A DNA stretch of 64,000 nucleotides from an uncultured bacterium (GTDB taxonomy: Bacteria; Patescibacteriota; Minisyncoccia; Phycocordibacterales; CAIRYW01), in contig CAVYBO010000002.1 in assembly GCA_963766885.1 (NCBI GenBank), positions 293,048 to 357,047 of the forward strand, read 5' to 3'. This document shows, piece after piece, positions 1-9,410 of the stretch. Position 1 is the first letter of the stretch. Each line of letters starts with the position of its first letter. Made by a program: the position numbers and the translations under genes. The notes below the pieces were generated by a model that saw nothing but the letters and a program-made list of their open reading frames with translations, did no database searches and was not told the DNA's origin.

Positions 1-402
1 CATAGCCTCCACTTCAATTTCATGCATAACTTTAACCAAAATCGCTCCCTGCTCTTTGACCACAGGAGCAATGCCGACGAATTCCACAGGAATTTTAACT
101 TGCACTTTCTTGCCTTTTTCCATCACGTAAAAGTCGGCGTGGATGATTTTGCCAGTCACAGGATCGCGAGCTACGTCGTGAATCAAAGCATCATGCTCTC
201 CAGCATCTCCAACAATGGAAATAACACTGGATTCTCCCGCGTGGCTCAAAACCTTCTCAAACTGTAAATAATCCAATGAAATTGAGGTTGATTTTTCCTT
301 TGGACCATAAAAAACAGCAGGAATTCTGCCCAAAGCGCGAAGCTTCTCGTTTTTTATGCTTGTGTCTCGTTTTTCGGCTTGTAGCGTTACCATAAATTCC
401 AT
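1..402 (-). CDS. rplY: 50S ribosomal protein bL25 / general stress protein Ctc, N-terminal part; gene runs off the window start
   Basis: Reverse-complement translation from ATG (rc of 400-402, alternative ATG at 391-393) gives MEFMVTLQAEKRDTSIKNEKLRALGRIPAVFYGPKEKSTSISLDYLQFEKVL...HADFYVMEKGKKVQVKIPVEFVGIAPVVKEQGAIL, typical of bL25/Ctc. Absent from the ORF track because it has no in-window stop. Confidence 0.8.
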   Translation of the reverse strand, partial: MEFMVTLQAEKRDTSIKNEKLRALGRIPAVFYGPKEKSTSISLDYLQFEKVLSHAGESSVISIVGDAGEHDALIHDVARDPVTGKIIHADFYVMEKGKKVQVKIPVEFVGIAPVVKEQGAILVKVMHEIEVEAM

Positions 403-436
403 TATATATAGATTTTTGGGAAAATCAAATTATTTA

Positions 437-465
437 TTGACTTGAACTAGATAAAAAGTAATATA
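437..465 (+). promoter_or_regulatory. Candidate sigma70-like promoter (TTGACT, 17 bp spacer, AATATA) driving the 466-722 transcript
   Basis: TTGACT at 437-442 and AATATA at 460-465 with a 17-nt spacer. The downstream GC-rich segment begins about 7 nt later. Confidence 0.3.
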
Positions 466-696
466 GGCCTATGAGTGCAAATGAGATCCTTGAGCATCTG
501 AAAAGGGAAATCGTAAGGCCGCAAGAAGCCCTAGCCACGGTGACCTGCGACCCAATCGGCATCGCCATACCTTTTCCGGAGGAGATTTCTCCGGAAGCGG
601 TAAAAGAAGTGGAAACCGGATTAGTTCATCTTCACTGGCGGTTCGAAATCCTCAAAATCCAGAGCAAGACACACTGCGTGTTCTTCCCTTTTTAAT
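466..696 (+). ncRNA. Candidate structured non-coding RNA or long regulatory leader of unknown family, GC-rich relative to its surroundings
   Basis: An approx. 230-nt segment with much higher GC than the flanks, bounded by a promoter-like element and a strong intrinsic terminator. The predicted 74-aa ORF (471-695) has atypical GC-rich codon usage and no recognisable protein features. Internal complementarity: GAAAAGGGAA (512-521) pairs with TTCCCTTTTT (683-692). Confidence 0.35.
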
Positions 697-722
697 CGCA
701 TCTCCGGATGCGAATTTTTTAT
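697..722 (+). terminator. Rho-independent terminator (CGCATC-TCCG-GATGCG followed by a T run)
   Basis: Perfect 6-bp GC-rich stem 697-702/707-712 with a 4-nt loop, followed by AATTTTTTAT. Confidence 0.6.
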
Positions 723-740
723 ATTTGATATACTTTTAGA

Positions 741-1355
741 ATGAAGAATAAAATTCAAATACTAATGATTCACGGAGGAATGACCTTCAAAAACAGAAAG
801 GACTATTTGCATTATCTAAAGACTAGAGAAATACGTATTAAAAAGAAAGTATATTGGTCTATAGATTATTTAGACAAAAAAATAGGCAAAGACTTTGGAA
901 TCATCAGGCCCCGCATGCCCATGCAAGATAATGCCAAGTATGAGGACTGGAAGATTTATTTTGAAAGATTTATTCCGTATTTAAAATCTCCTTTTATCTT
1001 GATCGGGAGTTCGCTTGGTGGAATTTTCTTGGCTCAATATTTATCTGAACACAAGTTACCCAAGAAAGCGCTCTCCACTTATCTTATATGTCCCCCTTTT
1101 GACAATGAAATAACTGAAGAAGATTTGGTTGGCGGATTTAAACTCAAGTCTGATTTATCTCTTCTTGAAAAGAATTCCAAAAATCTCTACCTGCTATTCT
1201 CAAAAGATGATGACGTTGTGCCTGTCAATCATGCAGAAAAATATAGAAAGAAACTAAAAAATGCAAAGATTATTATCTACGAGAGTAAAGGCGGACATTT
1301 TGATGTGACTGAGTTTCCTGAGATTGTGAAGATGATTAAGGATGATGTAAAGTAG
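741..1355 (+). CDS. YdeN/RBBP9-type alpha/beta serine hydrolase
   Basis: 204 aa. ILMIHGG start, nucleophile elbow GSSLGG, and C-terminal SKDDDVVP...KGGHF, matching the YdeN-like Ser_hydrolase layout. Confidence 0.7.
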   Translation: MKNKIQILMIHGGMTFKNRKDYLHYLKTREIRIKKKVYWSIDYLDKKIGKDFGIIRPRMPMQDNAKYEDWKIYFERFIPYLKSPFILIGSSLGGIFLAQYLSEHKLPKKALSTYLICPPFDNEITEEDLVGGFKLKSDLSLLEKNSKNLYLLFSKDDDVVPVNHAEKYRKKLKNAKIIIYESKGGHFDVTEFPEIVKMIKDDVK

Positions 1356-1383
1356 GACTTCTTAGCCACCTGATTAAGGAATT

Positions 1384-3033
1384 TTATTGTTGAGCTATAT
1401 GATCCTCAATATACTTTTTGGTATCACCTACTTTTTTGCCAGGATTGAAGATGTTTAATGGGTCAAAAATATTTTTAAGGTCTTTGAAAAATCCGTAAAC
1501 TTTTTCTCCGTACATTTCTTCCAAATACGGCGTGCGGATTATTCCGTCGTTGTGCTCGGCTGTCATTGAGCCACCGAATTCTTTAATTAGAGCAAAAACC
1601 TTTTCTTCCACAGGCACAATTTTTGCTCGCTCGCTTTCTTGAGTCAAATCCATAAGAGGAATTATGTGATAATTCCCGTCCCCGGCGTGGCCTGCAATAT
1701 TGGCTTTGATTCCAGCGTCTTTGAGAATTTTAAGAAGTCTTGGCAAAAACTTTGGCATATTTTCTGGCAGAATCGAAAAGTCGTCCACAAAAGGCGCCGT
1801 GCGTTTGCCGTGCACATGGCTTCGCAAAAGATTAAAGCTCTCTCGCCTCATCACCCAATATTTCTCCTCGTCCTTTTCAGTTTCAAGTACCCGAATTTGG
1901 ATGTCTTTAAAGCCTTTTAGCGTTTCAACAATACTTTTTGTTTTTTCTGTAATTGTTTCTTGCTGCTCTTCTGCCAGTTCAATCATCACAATAAGTTTTG
2001 GAAGTCGAAACATCTTGATTCCAACCCACACTTCCGGCAAAAACTGCAGAGCAAATTTAATAAAACTTTCTCCAACTTTTTTGGCAATCTCGGGCATAAA
2101 CCTAATGCCAAGTTTGAGCGTTGCGTCATCAAAAGTTTCCAAGCTCTCCGGCTGAAACGGCAAAACTTTGTTCACAACACTTGGAAGCGCATCCCAGCTT
2201 TTGAAAAACACCACAATCATTTTCCTAAACGGCTTTTCTTTAATGACACGAACTTTAGCTTCTGCCAAAATTCCAAGCGTGCCCTGAGAGCCAACAAACG
2301 CTTGAGTGAGGTCAAAAATCTTTTTGTCTTTATCCCAAATTCTCCACAGAGCATATCCTGAAGAATTTTTGTGGACGTGCGGCTCCGCTGCTTTGATTGC
2401 GTCATAATTTTGATCGACAAGATCAAATGTTTTTTTGTACAATTGCCCCTCAAAATCATTTTGCGAAATTTTTTGCTGCAACTCATTCTCTGACAGCGCT
2501 TTGATTGTGTATTCATTGCCGTCCGCAAGAATCATCTTCAATTCTTTGACAAAGTCTCTTGCTTGGCCATAGCGCAAAGTCTTTTCTCCAGCAGAATTAT
2601 TCATCATCATTCCTCCAAAGGCAGCAAGCTGCTTGGATGCAGGATAAACTGGATATTCAACTTTTTTGGACATCGAGTCCTTTTCAAAATCTCTGAAAAA
2701 CACTCCCGGCTCAACTGTTGCCTCCAATTTTGCCGTGTCTATGGATTCTTTTTTGAAATATTTTGTGAAGTCCAAAATAATTGATTCGTTTAGCGGTCCT
2801 CCTGTCATATCGCTTCCAGCAGATCGACCAGTTAGGGAAAGAGTTGGATCGGATTTTTTGTTCTGATTAATAAAATTTACAAGTTTTTTTACATCTTCTG
2901 TATCTTTAGGATAAACAATTACTTTGGGACACACTTCAAACAAACTCGCATCATGGCTGTATTTTGTGAGCGTGTCTGCATCATCCAAAACATCGCCTTC
3001 TATAATTTTCTGTATTTCTTCTTTTAAATTCAT
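1384..3033 (-). CDS. FAD-linked oxidase (GlcD / D-lactate dehydrogenase family)
   Basis: 549 aa. FAD_binding_4-like GRSAGSDMTGGP motif and C-terminal FAD-oxidase_C signature AEHNDGIIRTPYL...DPLNIFNPGK. Confidence 0.85.
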   Translation of the reverse strand: MNLKEEIQKIIEGDVLDDADTLTKYSHDASLFEVCPKVIVYPKDTEDVKKLVNFINQNKKSDPTLSLTGRSAGSDMTGGPLNESIILDFTKYFKKESIDTAKLEATVEPGVFFRDFEKDSMSKKVEYPVYPASKQLAAFGGMMMNNSAGEKTLRYGQARDFVKELKMILADGNEYTIKALSENELQQKISQNDFEGQLYKKTFDLVDQNYDAIKAAEPHVHKNSSGYALWRIWDKDKKIFDLTQAFVGSQGTLGILAEAKVRVIKEKPFRKMIVVFFKSWDALPSVVNKVLPFQPESLETFDDATLKLGIRFMPEIAKKVGESFIKFALQFLPEVWVGIKMFRLPKLIVMIELAEEQQETITEKTKSIVETLKGFKDIQIRVLETEKDEEKYWVMRRESFNLLRSHVHGKRTAPFVDDFSILPENMPKFLPRLLKILKDAGIKANIAGHAGDGNYHIIPLMDLTQESERAKIVPVEEKVFALIKEFGGSMTAEHNDGIIRTPYLEEMYGEKVYGFFKDLKNIFDPLNIFNPGKKVGDTKKYIEDHIAQQ

Positions 3034-3060
3034 GTTTTTATTCTAACACGCCGCAAAAGA

Positions 3061-4128
3061 TTACTGATTTATAAGATACTGCTTTATGTTTGCATCCTGT
3101 TCTTCTAGAGTAGCGGCGCAATGGGTTATATGGTTTGAGTCGTGAATATAATACAAACAGTCAGTTTGAGTTGGATTGAGCACCGCCTCAATTGCCGGCA
3201 AACCTGGATTTGAAATCGGATGTGGAGGCAAGCCTTTATTTGTATAACTATTAAATGGTGAGTCAATTTGTTCATCACTTGCTTTAATAGGCGCCCACCA
3301 GCCGCTGCCAGTATTGCCTCTTGCATATTGCAATGTCGAATCAACATCCAAATACATATTATTGTTCAGTCTGTTCCAGAGAATTCCAGCAATCAAAGGC
3401 ATATCTGCATCTCCGGATGCTTCCCGCTGAACAATTGATGCAAGAGTGAGCGCCGTTGTCCATTTAACATTTTGCGCCGCAAACTGAGGCAAAAGCGGAG
3501 CGAACTTTTCATTAAACATCGCAATCAATCTTTTAGCTGTATCAGCAGGTTTTTCATTAACAGGAATCAAATACGTATCCGGAAAATATACTCCTTCGAC
3601 ATAATCAGGATTACTTGTAGTGTCTACATTTATCCATTCGTTTTCTTCTGCTTTTGTCCATCCCAAAGTCTCTGCCAAAAGCGCTGCAATTTCTTCTTTT
3701 CGTAGACCTTCTGGAATTACAACCCATTTCATATACGGATTGCCATCAAGCACTTGAACAATTTGATTTGGCGTCATTTTTGTTGAAAGCATATACGCCC
3801 CAGGTTCAATTGCATTGCTTCCAGATGAATTAAAAGCTGAAACAAAATCCGACGTGGTTGCCACAAATCCCGCTTGAAAAAGATTTTCTGCAATATCATC
3901 TGTAGTGGTTGCATTAAGCGCGATTACAAACTGAGTATCACCTAAAGGCATAGGCAGAGCAGCAGGAGCAGTTGAAGTTCCAACAACAGCAGTTTGAATT
4001 ATTTTTTTGGGTTGGATAATTTCTAAATTTGAATTTTTGTGGCCTAGCAAATTAAACACCAAAAACCCGCCAACTATCATGATAAGCAGAATAAAAACAC
4101 TTAAAATTATTTTCGGATAAATGCCCAT
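3061..4128 (-). CDS. mltG: Endolytic murein transglycosylase MltG (YceG-like)
   Basis: N-terminal TM segment and a YceG domain with the GLPPHPISNPG motif near the C-terminus. Confidence 0.8.
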   Translation of the reverse strand: MGIYPKIILSVFILLIMIVGGFLVFNLLGHKNSNLEIIQPKKIIQTAVVGTSTAPAALPMPLGDTQFVIALNATTTDDIAENLFQAGFVATTSDFVSAFNSSGSNAIEPGAYMLSTKMTPNQIVQVLDGNPYMKWVVIPEGLRKEEIAALLAETLGWTKAEENEWINVDTTSNPDYVEGVYFPDTYLIPVNEKPADTAKRLIAMFNEKFAPLLPQFAAQNVKWTTALTLASIVQREASGDADMPLIAGILWNRLNNNMYLDVDSTLQYARGNTGSGWWAPIKASDEQIDSPFNSYTNKGLPPHPISNPGLPAIEAVLNPTQTDCLYYIHDSNHITHCAATLEEQDANIKQYLINQ

Positions 4129-4134
4129 TATTTA

Positions 4135-4539
4135 TTATTTCTTTTCCTCAAGATCCAAGCAGACAGAATTCAAGCAATATCTTTTGCCGGTCTTTGTTGG
4201 TCCATCATCAAACATATGACCCAAATGCGATCCGCACTTGGCGCATACTACTTCAATACGATTCATTCCATGCGAATGGTCTTCATTTAAAATTACAGCC
4301 CCTGGAAGCGCTTCATCAAAACTCGGCCATCCAGTACCCGAATCAAATTTTGCATCTGAAGCAAACAAAGGATTGCCACAGGCCATGCAGCGATAAATTC
4401 CATCTTTGTCGGAGTGCAAAAGCTTTCCAGAAAAAGGCGCCTCTGTGCCCTTCTGCCGAAGCACCTGATACTGCTCTGGAGTTAAAACTTTTTTCCACTC
4501 TTCTTCTGTTTGGGGCATTGGCTTATTGTCTTTGTCCAT
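4135..4539 (-). CDS. msrB: Peptide-methionine (R)-S-oxide reductase MsrB
   Basis: 134 aa. CxxC...CxxC zinc site (CMACGNPLF / CAKCGSHLGHMFDDGP), a classic SelR/MsrB fold. Confidence 0.95.
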   Translation of the reverse strand: MDKDNKPMPQTEEEWKKVLTPEQYQVLRQKGTEAPFSGKLLHSDKDGIYRCMACGNPLFASDAKFDSGTGWPSFDEALPGAVILNEDHSHGMNRIEVVCAKCGSHLGHMFDDGPTKTGKRYCLNSVCLDLEEKK

Positions 4540-4554
4540 AAATTTAAAAATTAT

Positions 4555-5094
4555 TTAGTACAACTTATCTAATAACTGCGCAAAATTTTTTTGAACTTTT
4601 TCCAGCTTTGGATTTATCACAACTTCGCAATACGGATTGCCAGGGTGGGTGGCAAAATAATCGTGGTGATAATTTTCCGCTTCATAAAAATTCTCCAAAG
4701 GTACCACTTCAGTTACTACGGATTTGCCATCCTTGTTTGATGCATTTATTTCTTTGATAAAATCCTCTGCTTGTTTTTGCTGCTCTGGAGTGGTGTAAAA
4801 AATAACAGAACGATATTGAGTGCCGACATCATTGCCCTGCCTGTTTAAAGTTGTCGGATCGTGGCTTCCAAAAAATACCGTCAGCAAATCCCTGTATTTG
4901 ACAAGACTTGGATCATATTCGATTTTGACAACTTCTGCGTGTCCTGTGGTTCCCGAACAAACTTGTTCATAAGTTGGATTTGGATTTTTGCCGCCCGAAT
5001 ATCCGGGCAATACCGAAGAAACGCCTTTCATCATTTTGAAGACTGCTTCCGTACACCAAAAACATCCTCCTCCAAAAATTGCTGTTTCTTTCAT
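4555..5094 (-). CDS. msrA: Peptide-methionine (S)-S-oxide reductase MsrA
   Basis: 179 aa. N-terminal [12 protein letters not shown] active-site motif. Confidence 0.95.
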   Translation of the reverse strand: MKETAIFGGGCFWCTEAVFKMMKGVSSVLPGYSGGKNPNPTYEQVCSGTTGHAEVVKIEYDPSLVKYRDLLTVFFGSHDPTTLNRQGNDVGTQYRSVIFYTTPEQQKQAEDFIKEINASNKDGKSVVTEVVPLENFYEAENYHHDYFATHPGNPYCEVVINPKLEKVQKNFAQLLDKLY

Positions 5095-5118
5095 AAATTT
5101 TTATATTTATTTATAAAA

Positions 5119-6327
5119 TTATCCGAATGTGAATGTATACGCATCAAGTCCGCCGCTTGGAACTGTGATTTGCAAAGTATGTTCTCCATAACTTGTTCCG
5201 TTAACAAGACTATAAAGCTTGTTGGCTTGAATCAAAGCCGTGCTGTCGCTTGAGACATCTGCCCCCGCTTGATTTCCCAAAGGTTTGCCATCTAAAAGAA
5301 TTTGAATCTTTGTTCCATTTACGGAACTAGCTACCATATAGACATTCTTAGCGTCATATTGATACGTAATTGTGTCGTCGGTTGTGCCTGTCGGCGCTGA
5401 CTCTGCATATTGGCTTTGAAAATTCCAAGTGCCGCCCAAATAAAGAGTGTTCAAAGTAATATTCACTGGAATTGTCAAAGTTTGTGTGCCTATCGTGGCT
5501 TGCGTTCCGTCGCCAAGATACTGGTTTCTTTCTGCTCCAAAATACGTTTCTGGACTTTGCACGCCATTTGCATCCATCGAAACAATATCAGAAGGACTGA
5601 CGATTCCTGCTGGAATATTATCCGGCAATCCCAAAACTTCTGCGCGTTCCTTGAGCGCGGCTTGAATTGCTTGTTCTGTCTCAGCGTAATTTCCTTCGCC
5701 AATATTGTTGTGTACAACATAGCCATCAATGTCTATCAGATATTCTTCCGGCCAATATTCATTGTTGTATGCATTCCAAGTTCCCATATTGCTGTCTAAA
5801 ACAACAGGATATATTACACCGTCTGCTTTTACAGCAGACGCAACATTGCTGTAAACTTTTTCAAAATCAAATTCCGGAGTATGAACGCCTACAATCACTA
5901 GTCCGTAATCTTTGTATTTTTGATACCAGGCTTTGAGATACGGCAGAGTCCTCTGGCAATTAATGCAGCTGTATGTCCAAAAATCTAACAGCACAACTTT
6001 ATTGCCAACCAAAGATGAAAGCGTGAATGGCGGAGTATTTATAAATCCTGTCGGATCAACAAATTCTTTGGCCTTTGAATATTCTGAAGCTTTGGCTGCC
6101 AAAATAGCCGATCTGTTTACAACATTTTTAACCGAGGTTTGAGTTGAAGTTGCTTCGCTTGTGGTTGCTGCAGTAGTGGTCGCCGGCTCAGAAAGAATCG
6201 GCTTTGAAACAACCTCAGGGGCCGGACCAACAAGCGTCGGCGCCTTCTCGGCTTCCAAATACCAAATTGCTCCTCCGATGATTATCAAAACCAAAACTAA
6301 AATTATATTCCTTGTGTTATTTGTCAT
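5119..6327 (-). CDS. Membrane-anchored thioredoxin-like (TlpA/Etrx/ResA-type) protein with an extra approx. 180-aa C-terminal beta-rich domain
   Basis: N-terminal TM, then LLDFWTYSCINCQRTLPYL (CxxC redoxin motif). Sits in an operon between ccdA and msrA. The C-terminal 180 aa (YLGGTWNFQ...YTFTFG) do not belong to the Trx fold. Confidence 0.75.
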   Translation of the reverse strand: MTNNTRNIILVLVLIIIGGAIWYLEAEKAPTLVGPAPEVVSKPILSEPATTTAATTSEATSTQTSVKNVVNRSAILAAKASEYSKAKEFVDPTGFINTPPFTLSSLVGNKVVLLDFWTYSCINCQRTLPYLKAWYQKYKDYGLVIVGVHTPEFDFEKVYSNVASAVKADGVIYPVVLDSNMGTWNAYNNEYWPEEYLIDIDGYVVHNNIGEGNYAETEQAIQAALKERAEVLGLPDNIPAGIVSPSDIVSMDANGVQSPETYFGAERNQYLGDGTQATIGTQTLTIPVNITLNTLYLGGTWNFQSQYAESAPTGTTDDTITYQYDAKNVYMVASSVNGTKIQILLDGKPLGNQAGADVSSDSTALIQANKLYSLVNGTSYGEHTLQITVPSGGLDAYTFTFG

Positions 6328-6332
6328 ATTTT

Positions 6333-7100
6333 TTATATTTTTTCTTGCTTAATTGCTGTTGAGGCAAGATATGAAAGAAATCCGGGAATAATCGGCAGAA
6401 TGCACGGACTTAAAAACGAACTTAAACCTGCAATAAATGCGATACCCAAGTTAATAATTGAAACTGAATTTATGTTTCCTCCGGCGTTTGTGCCAAAATT
6501 AAGTTTATCCAAAACACCGGCAAGTATTGGCAGATTCGCAATATTGCTCAATTCCCCGACAAAAATAAAAATTCCGATTATTATAAGCAGAATACCGAAA
6601 AAATATTCAAAATATTTCAGCCACTTGCCCGCTTTATCAATCAAACTCTGGGCTTGATTGGTAAAAAGTCCTACAAGCAAAAACGGAATTCCGATTCCAA
6701 GGGTGTATGCAAAGAGCAAAAGAAACGCGCTTGAAGCATCTGTTGCAGCCAGCGCAAGAATAGCTCCAAGAGCCGCACTGACACACGGTGTCCATCCCAC
6801 GGCAAAGGCAGCTCCAAAAACAAATGATGTTATGTAATAAGAGCCGAACTTTTTTTTGACAGCGATTTTGTGATCGCGCATCAAAAAGCTCGGACGAAAT
6901 AAATCCAAAAGAAATAGCCCGAAAAGAATTATTATAACACCGCCGATTCTGCCGAGCCACATTTGAAATTCTTTGGAAGAATGGACCAAAACAGTCTGAA
7001 GCAAAATTCCAACAATAGAAAAAACCACAGAAAATCCCAGAACAAAAAACACGCTGCTAAAGAATATGCTCCAGTCTCTCTTTTTATTTGACTCCTCCAT
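6333..7100 (-). CDS. ccdA: Cytochrome c-type biogenesis / thiol-disulfide electron transporter CcdA (DsbD family)
   Basis: 255 aa polytopic membrane protein with the two transmembrane Cys motifs GWTPCVSAALGA and LSPCILPIIPGF. Confidence 0.85.
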   Translation of the reverse strand: MEESNKKRDWSIFFSSVFFVLGFSVVFSIVGILLQTVLVHSSKEFQMWLGRIGGVIIILFGLFLLDLFRPSFLMRDHKIAVKKKFGSYYITSFVFGAAFAVGWTPCVSAALGAILALAATDASSAFLLLFAYTLGIGIPFLLVGLFTNQAQSLIDKAGKWLKYFEYFFGILLIIIGIFIFVGELSNIANLPILAGVLDKLNFGTNAGGNINSVSIINLGIAFIAGLSSFLSPCILPIIPGFLSYLASTAIKQEKI

Positions 7101-7330
7101 ACCTATATTATAGTTTTAACCGAACAATTTTGCCACTCCATAAAACTATTCTCCGTAAAAGACGTATATTATCAGTATGATGAAGAAAACCCTTTATATA
7201 ATACTGATTTTGATAACCATACTAATGCTGGTCCTATTGTTTTACTTGTATAGCCTAAATCAAAAAATAGAACATGCCGCAAGTAGATCAACCTCAAATT
7301 CGGTATATTTGAGTAATACTTAAAACAAAA

Positions 7331-8866
7331 ATGATGCGGAAAAACCAAAAAACGCCCCGTCAACAATTTGGAAAATTGTTTGATGAAATACAACTCTCTA
7401 GAGCGCTGATAGACAGCAAGACTTTTGTTGACTGCACACCAAAGATAGATCCTGAAAAAATTATTCTTGATTATAAAGAAGGCGAAATAAAAAAAGAAAG
7501 CATCAGGGAATTCGTAGAAAAGCATTTCTCTTTTCCAAAAGAACCGGAAACTCCGCACGCTCGAAATCACCACCACAGAGACACAAACGACGCACGAGCA
7601 TATATAGAAAAAATGTGGGATTTTTTGACCCGTGAAGCTGATATTTATCAAGAAAATTCTTCGCTTATTGCGCTGCCATACAAATACGTGGTCCCCGGAG
7701 GACGCTTTAGGGAAATTTATTATTGGGATTCGTATTTTACAATGCTAGGACTCAAAGAAAGCGGCCGATTTGATTTGATTTTCGATATGGTAAAAAACTT
7801 TTTATCTCTGATTGATACTCACGGTTTCATACCAAACGGCAATAGAAATTATTATCTTTCCAGGTCACAACCACCGATGTTTGCACTGATGATCCAGCTT
7901 CTCGAAACTTCCAAAGACATCAGTATTTATGAAATTTATCTTTCTGCCATGATCAAGGAATATGAATACTGGATGAATGGTGCAAAAAACATCAAATTTA
8001 AAATAGGGATATCAGAAACTGCGGAGCATGTTGTTAAAATGCCAGGCGGAGAAATTTTAAACAGATACTTTGACCAATTCGCGGAACCAAGAGAAGAGGC
8101 TTTTGCCGAAGATGTTGATCTGGCAACAGAAGTTTTGGATAAAAAATATTTTTGGCAGAATATGCGAGCCGGAGCCGAGAGCGGATGGGATTACTCAAGC
8201 CGCTGGTTTGCAGATGAAACAACCCGTGCAACAGCGCGCACAATAGACATTCTTCCTGTTGACCTAAATTGCCTTCTTTTTATGACAGAACTCATCATTG
8301 CGGATGCATGTGATGTATGCGAGCAAACAGAAGACGCTTTGAGATTCAGAGAAAAAGCTGAAGCAAGGAAAAAAGCAATCCAAAAATATTGCTGGAGCGG
8401 CAAAGACGGCTGGTTTTGCGATTATCTTTTAAAAGAAAACTCTCATTCTCCGAACCTTTCGCTTGCCGGCGTATTCCCTCTTTTTGCGGGAATTGCCACA
8501 GACAGACAAGCTGAAATTATAAAGGAAAATATTATGAAAAAATTTTTAAGAGACGGCGGACTTCTAACCACCCTCAAAGAAACCGGTGAACAATGGGATG
8601 CGCCAAACGGCTGGGCGCCCCTTCATTACATTTCAATAATCGGATTGGAAAAATACGGATTCAAAAATGAAGCAGAGGAAATAGCAAAGAAGTGGATTGG
8701 CACAAATATCAATGCATTCCAAAAAACTGGAACTTTTTTTGAAAAATATAATGTTCGTAATCCAGAATCTTTTGCTTCCGGAGGAGAATACCCCGTCCAA
8801 GACGGATTCGGATGGACAAACGGAGTACTGCTTTATCTTTTGAATAGGTATAGTAACTTTATTTAA
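7331..8866 (+). CDS. treA: Alpha,alpha-trehalase (GH37)
   Basis: 511 aa. GH37 signature PGGRFREIYYWDSYFTMLGL and a C-terminal GH37 catalytic region (WAGAESGWDYSSRW, GWTNGV). Confidence 0.9.
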   Translation: MMRKNQKTPRQQFGKLFDEIQLSRALIDSKTFVDCTPKIDPEKIILDYKEGEIKKESIREFVEKHFSFPKEPETPHARNHHHRDTNDARAYIEKMWDFLTREADIYQENSSLIALPYKYVVPGGRFREIYYWDSYFTMLGLKESGRFDLIFDMVKNFLSLIDTHGFIPNGNRNYYLSRSQPPMFALMIQLLETSKDISIYEIYLSAMIKEYEYWMNGAKNIKFKIGISETAEHVVKMPGGEILNRYFDQFAEPREEAFAEDVDLATEVLDKKYFWQNMRAGAESGWDYSSRWFADETTRATARTIDILPVDLNCLLFMTELIIADACDVCEQTEDALRFREKAEARKKAIQKYCWSGKDGWFCDYLLKENSHSPNLSLAGVFPLFAGIATDRQAEIIKENIMKKFLRDGGLLTTLKETGEQWDAPNGWAPLHYISIIGLEKYGFKNEAEEIAKKWIGTNINAFQKTGTFFEKYNVRNPESFASGGEYPVQDGFGWTNGVLLYLLNRYSNFI

Positions 8867-8915
8867 ACTGCGAACTATTGACATATCAAAATAATTATTA
8901 TATCAATAATGCGAA

Positions 8916-9365
8916 ATGAACATTCTCAAAAAAATAGCTATGGTGCTAACTGGCTTGCTATACGCAATCGCCATGTTTAAAGCAGAAGACTTCAATTACA
9001 ATCTTCAAACCGCTCAATACCAAGATTACTTCGGTATCGTTACTTCAGATGCTCCGTATTGGATGCATCTGGTGCTGCTTCCGGCAGCGGTAACTATGGT
9101 GCTCGGCGTGATAAATGTCGGCGTTTGGCTACGACTCATCGGGTTGAGCCTCAGTTCTCTCTTTGTTTGGAATGAACTGACATCGTCTTTGAGCTTTCTC
9201 AAGGAAGCCAGTCAAATGGCTGACTACTGGAAAGCTGTCGGGCCGGTCCCTCAACCTCCTGTTATGCTTCTCTACCTTATTCTTTACGCTACGGCCATCT
9301 GGGCAAGCGTGGCGATCATTGAGAAAATCCTGAAAAGAGAAGGTCCTTCTCTGCTTGACGATTAG
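8916..9365 (+). CDS. Hypothetical membrane protein
   Basis: 149 aa with 3-4 predicted TM helices and AT-rich codon usage consistent with a host gene. No recognisable domain. Confidence 0.4.
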   Translation: MNILKKIAMVLTGLLYAIAMFKAEDFNYNLQTAQYQDYFGIVTSDAPYWMHLVLLPAAVTMVLGVINVGVWLRLIGLSLSSLFVWNELTSSLSFLKEASQMADYWKAVGPVPQPPVMLLYLILYATAIWASVAIIEKILKREGPSLLDD

Positions 9366-9381
9366 CGTCGTACGTTCTCAC

Positions 9382-9410
9382 ACGCACTAAATTAGGTGCG
9401 TATTTTTTAT
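9382..9410 (+). terminator. Intrinsic terminator (ACGCAC-taaattag-GTGCGT followed by a T run)
   Basis: 6-bp stem 9382-9387/9396-9401 followed by ATTTTTTAT. Lies between convergent genes. Confidence 0.5.

Noticed and set aside
22-267. 81-aa plus-strand ORF at the window start
   Set aside because: It is antisense to a well-supported bL25/Ctc coding sequence on the minus strand. It is an ORF-track artefact.
471-695. 74-aa ORF as a protein gene
   Set aside because: GC-rich codon usage unlike every neighbouring gene, no motif, and the segment is framed by a promoter and terminator. It is treated as a candidate RNA instead, with low confidence.
466-722. Attempted assignment to a known RNA family (tmRNA, RNase P, SRP, 6S, T-box, TPP, FMN, ZTP riboswitch)
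   Set aside because: GGTTCGAAATCC resembles a T-loop but has 8 nt. ACTGGCGG resembles the ZTP motif but the order of elements is wrong. No consensus could be matched by eye, so the family is left unassigned.
1639-2784. Several plus-strand ORFs (1639-1920, 1700-2155, 1960-2361, 2563-2784, 2666-2866)
   Set aside because: All are antisense to or inside the FAD-linked oxidase gene and have no features. They are spurious.
7172-7651. 159-aa minus-strand ORF overlapping the trehalase start region
   Set aside because: Low-complexity F/Y-rich translation of AT-rich DNA overlapping a strongly supported gene.
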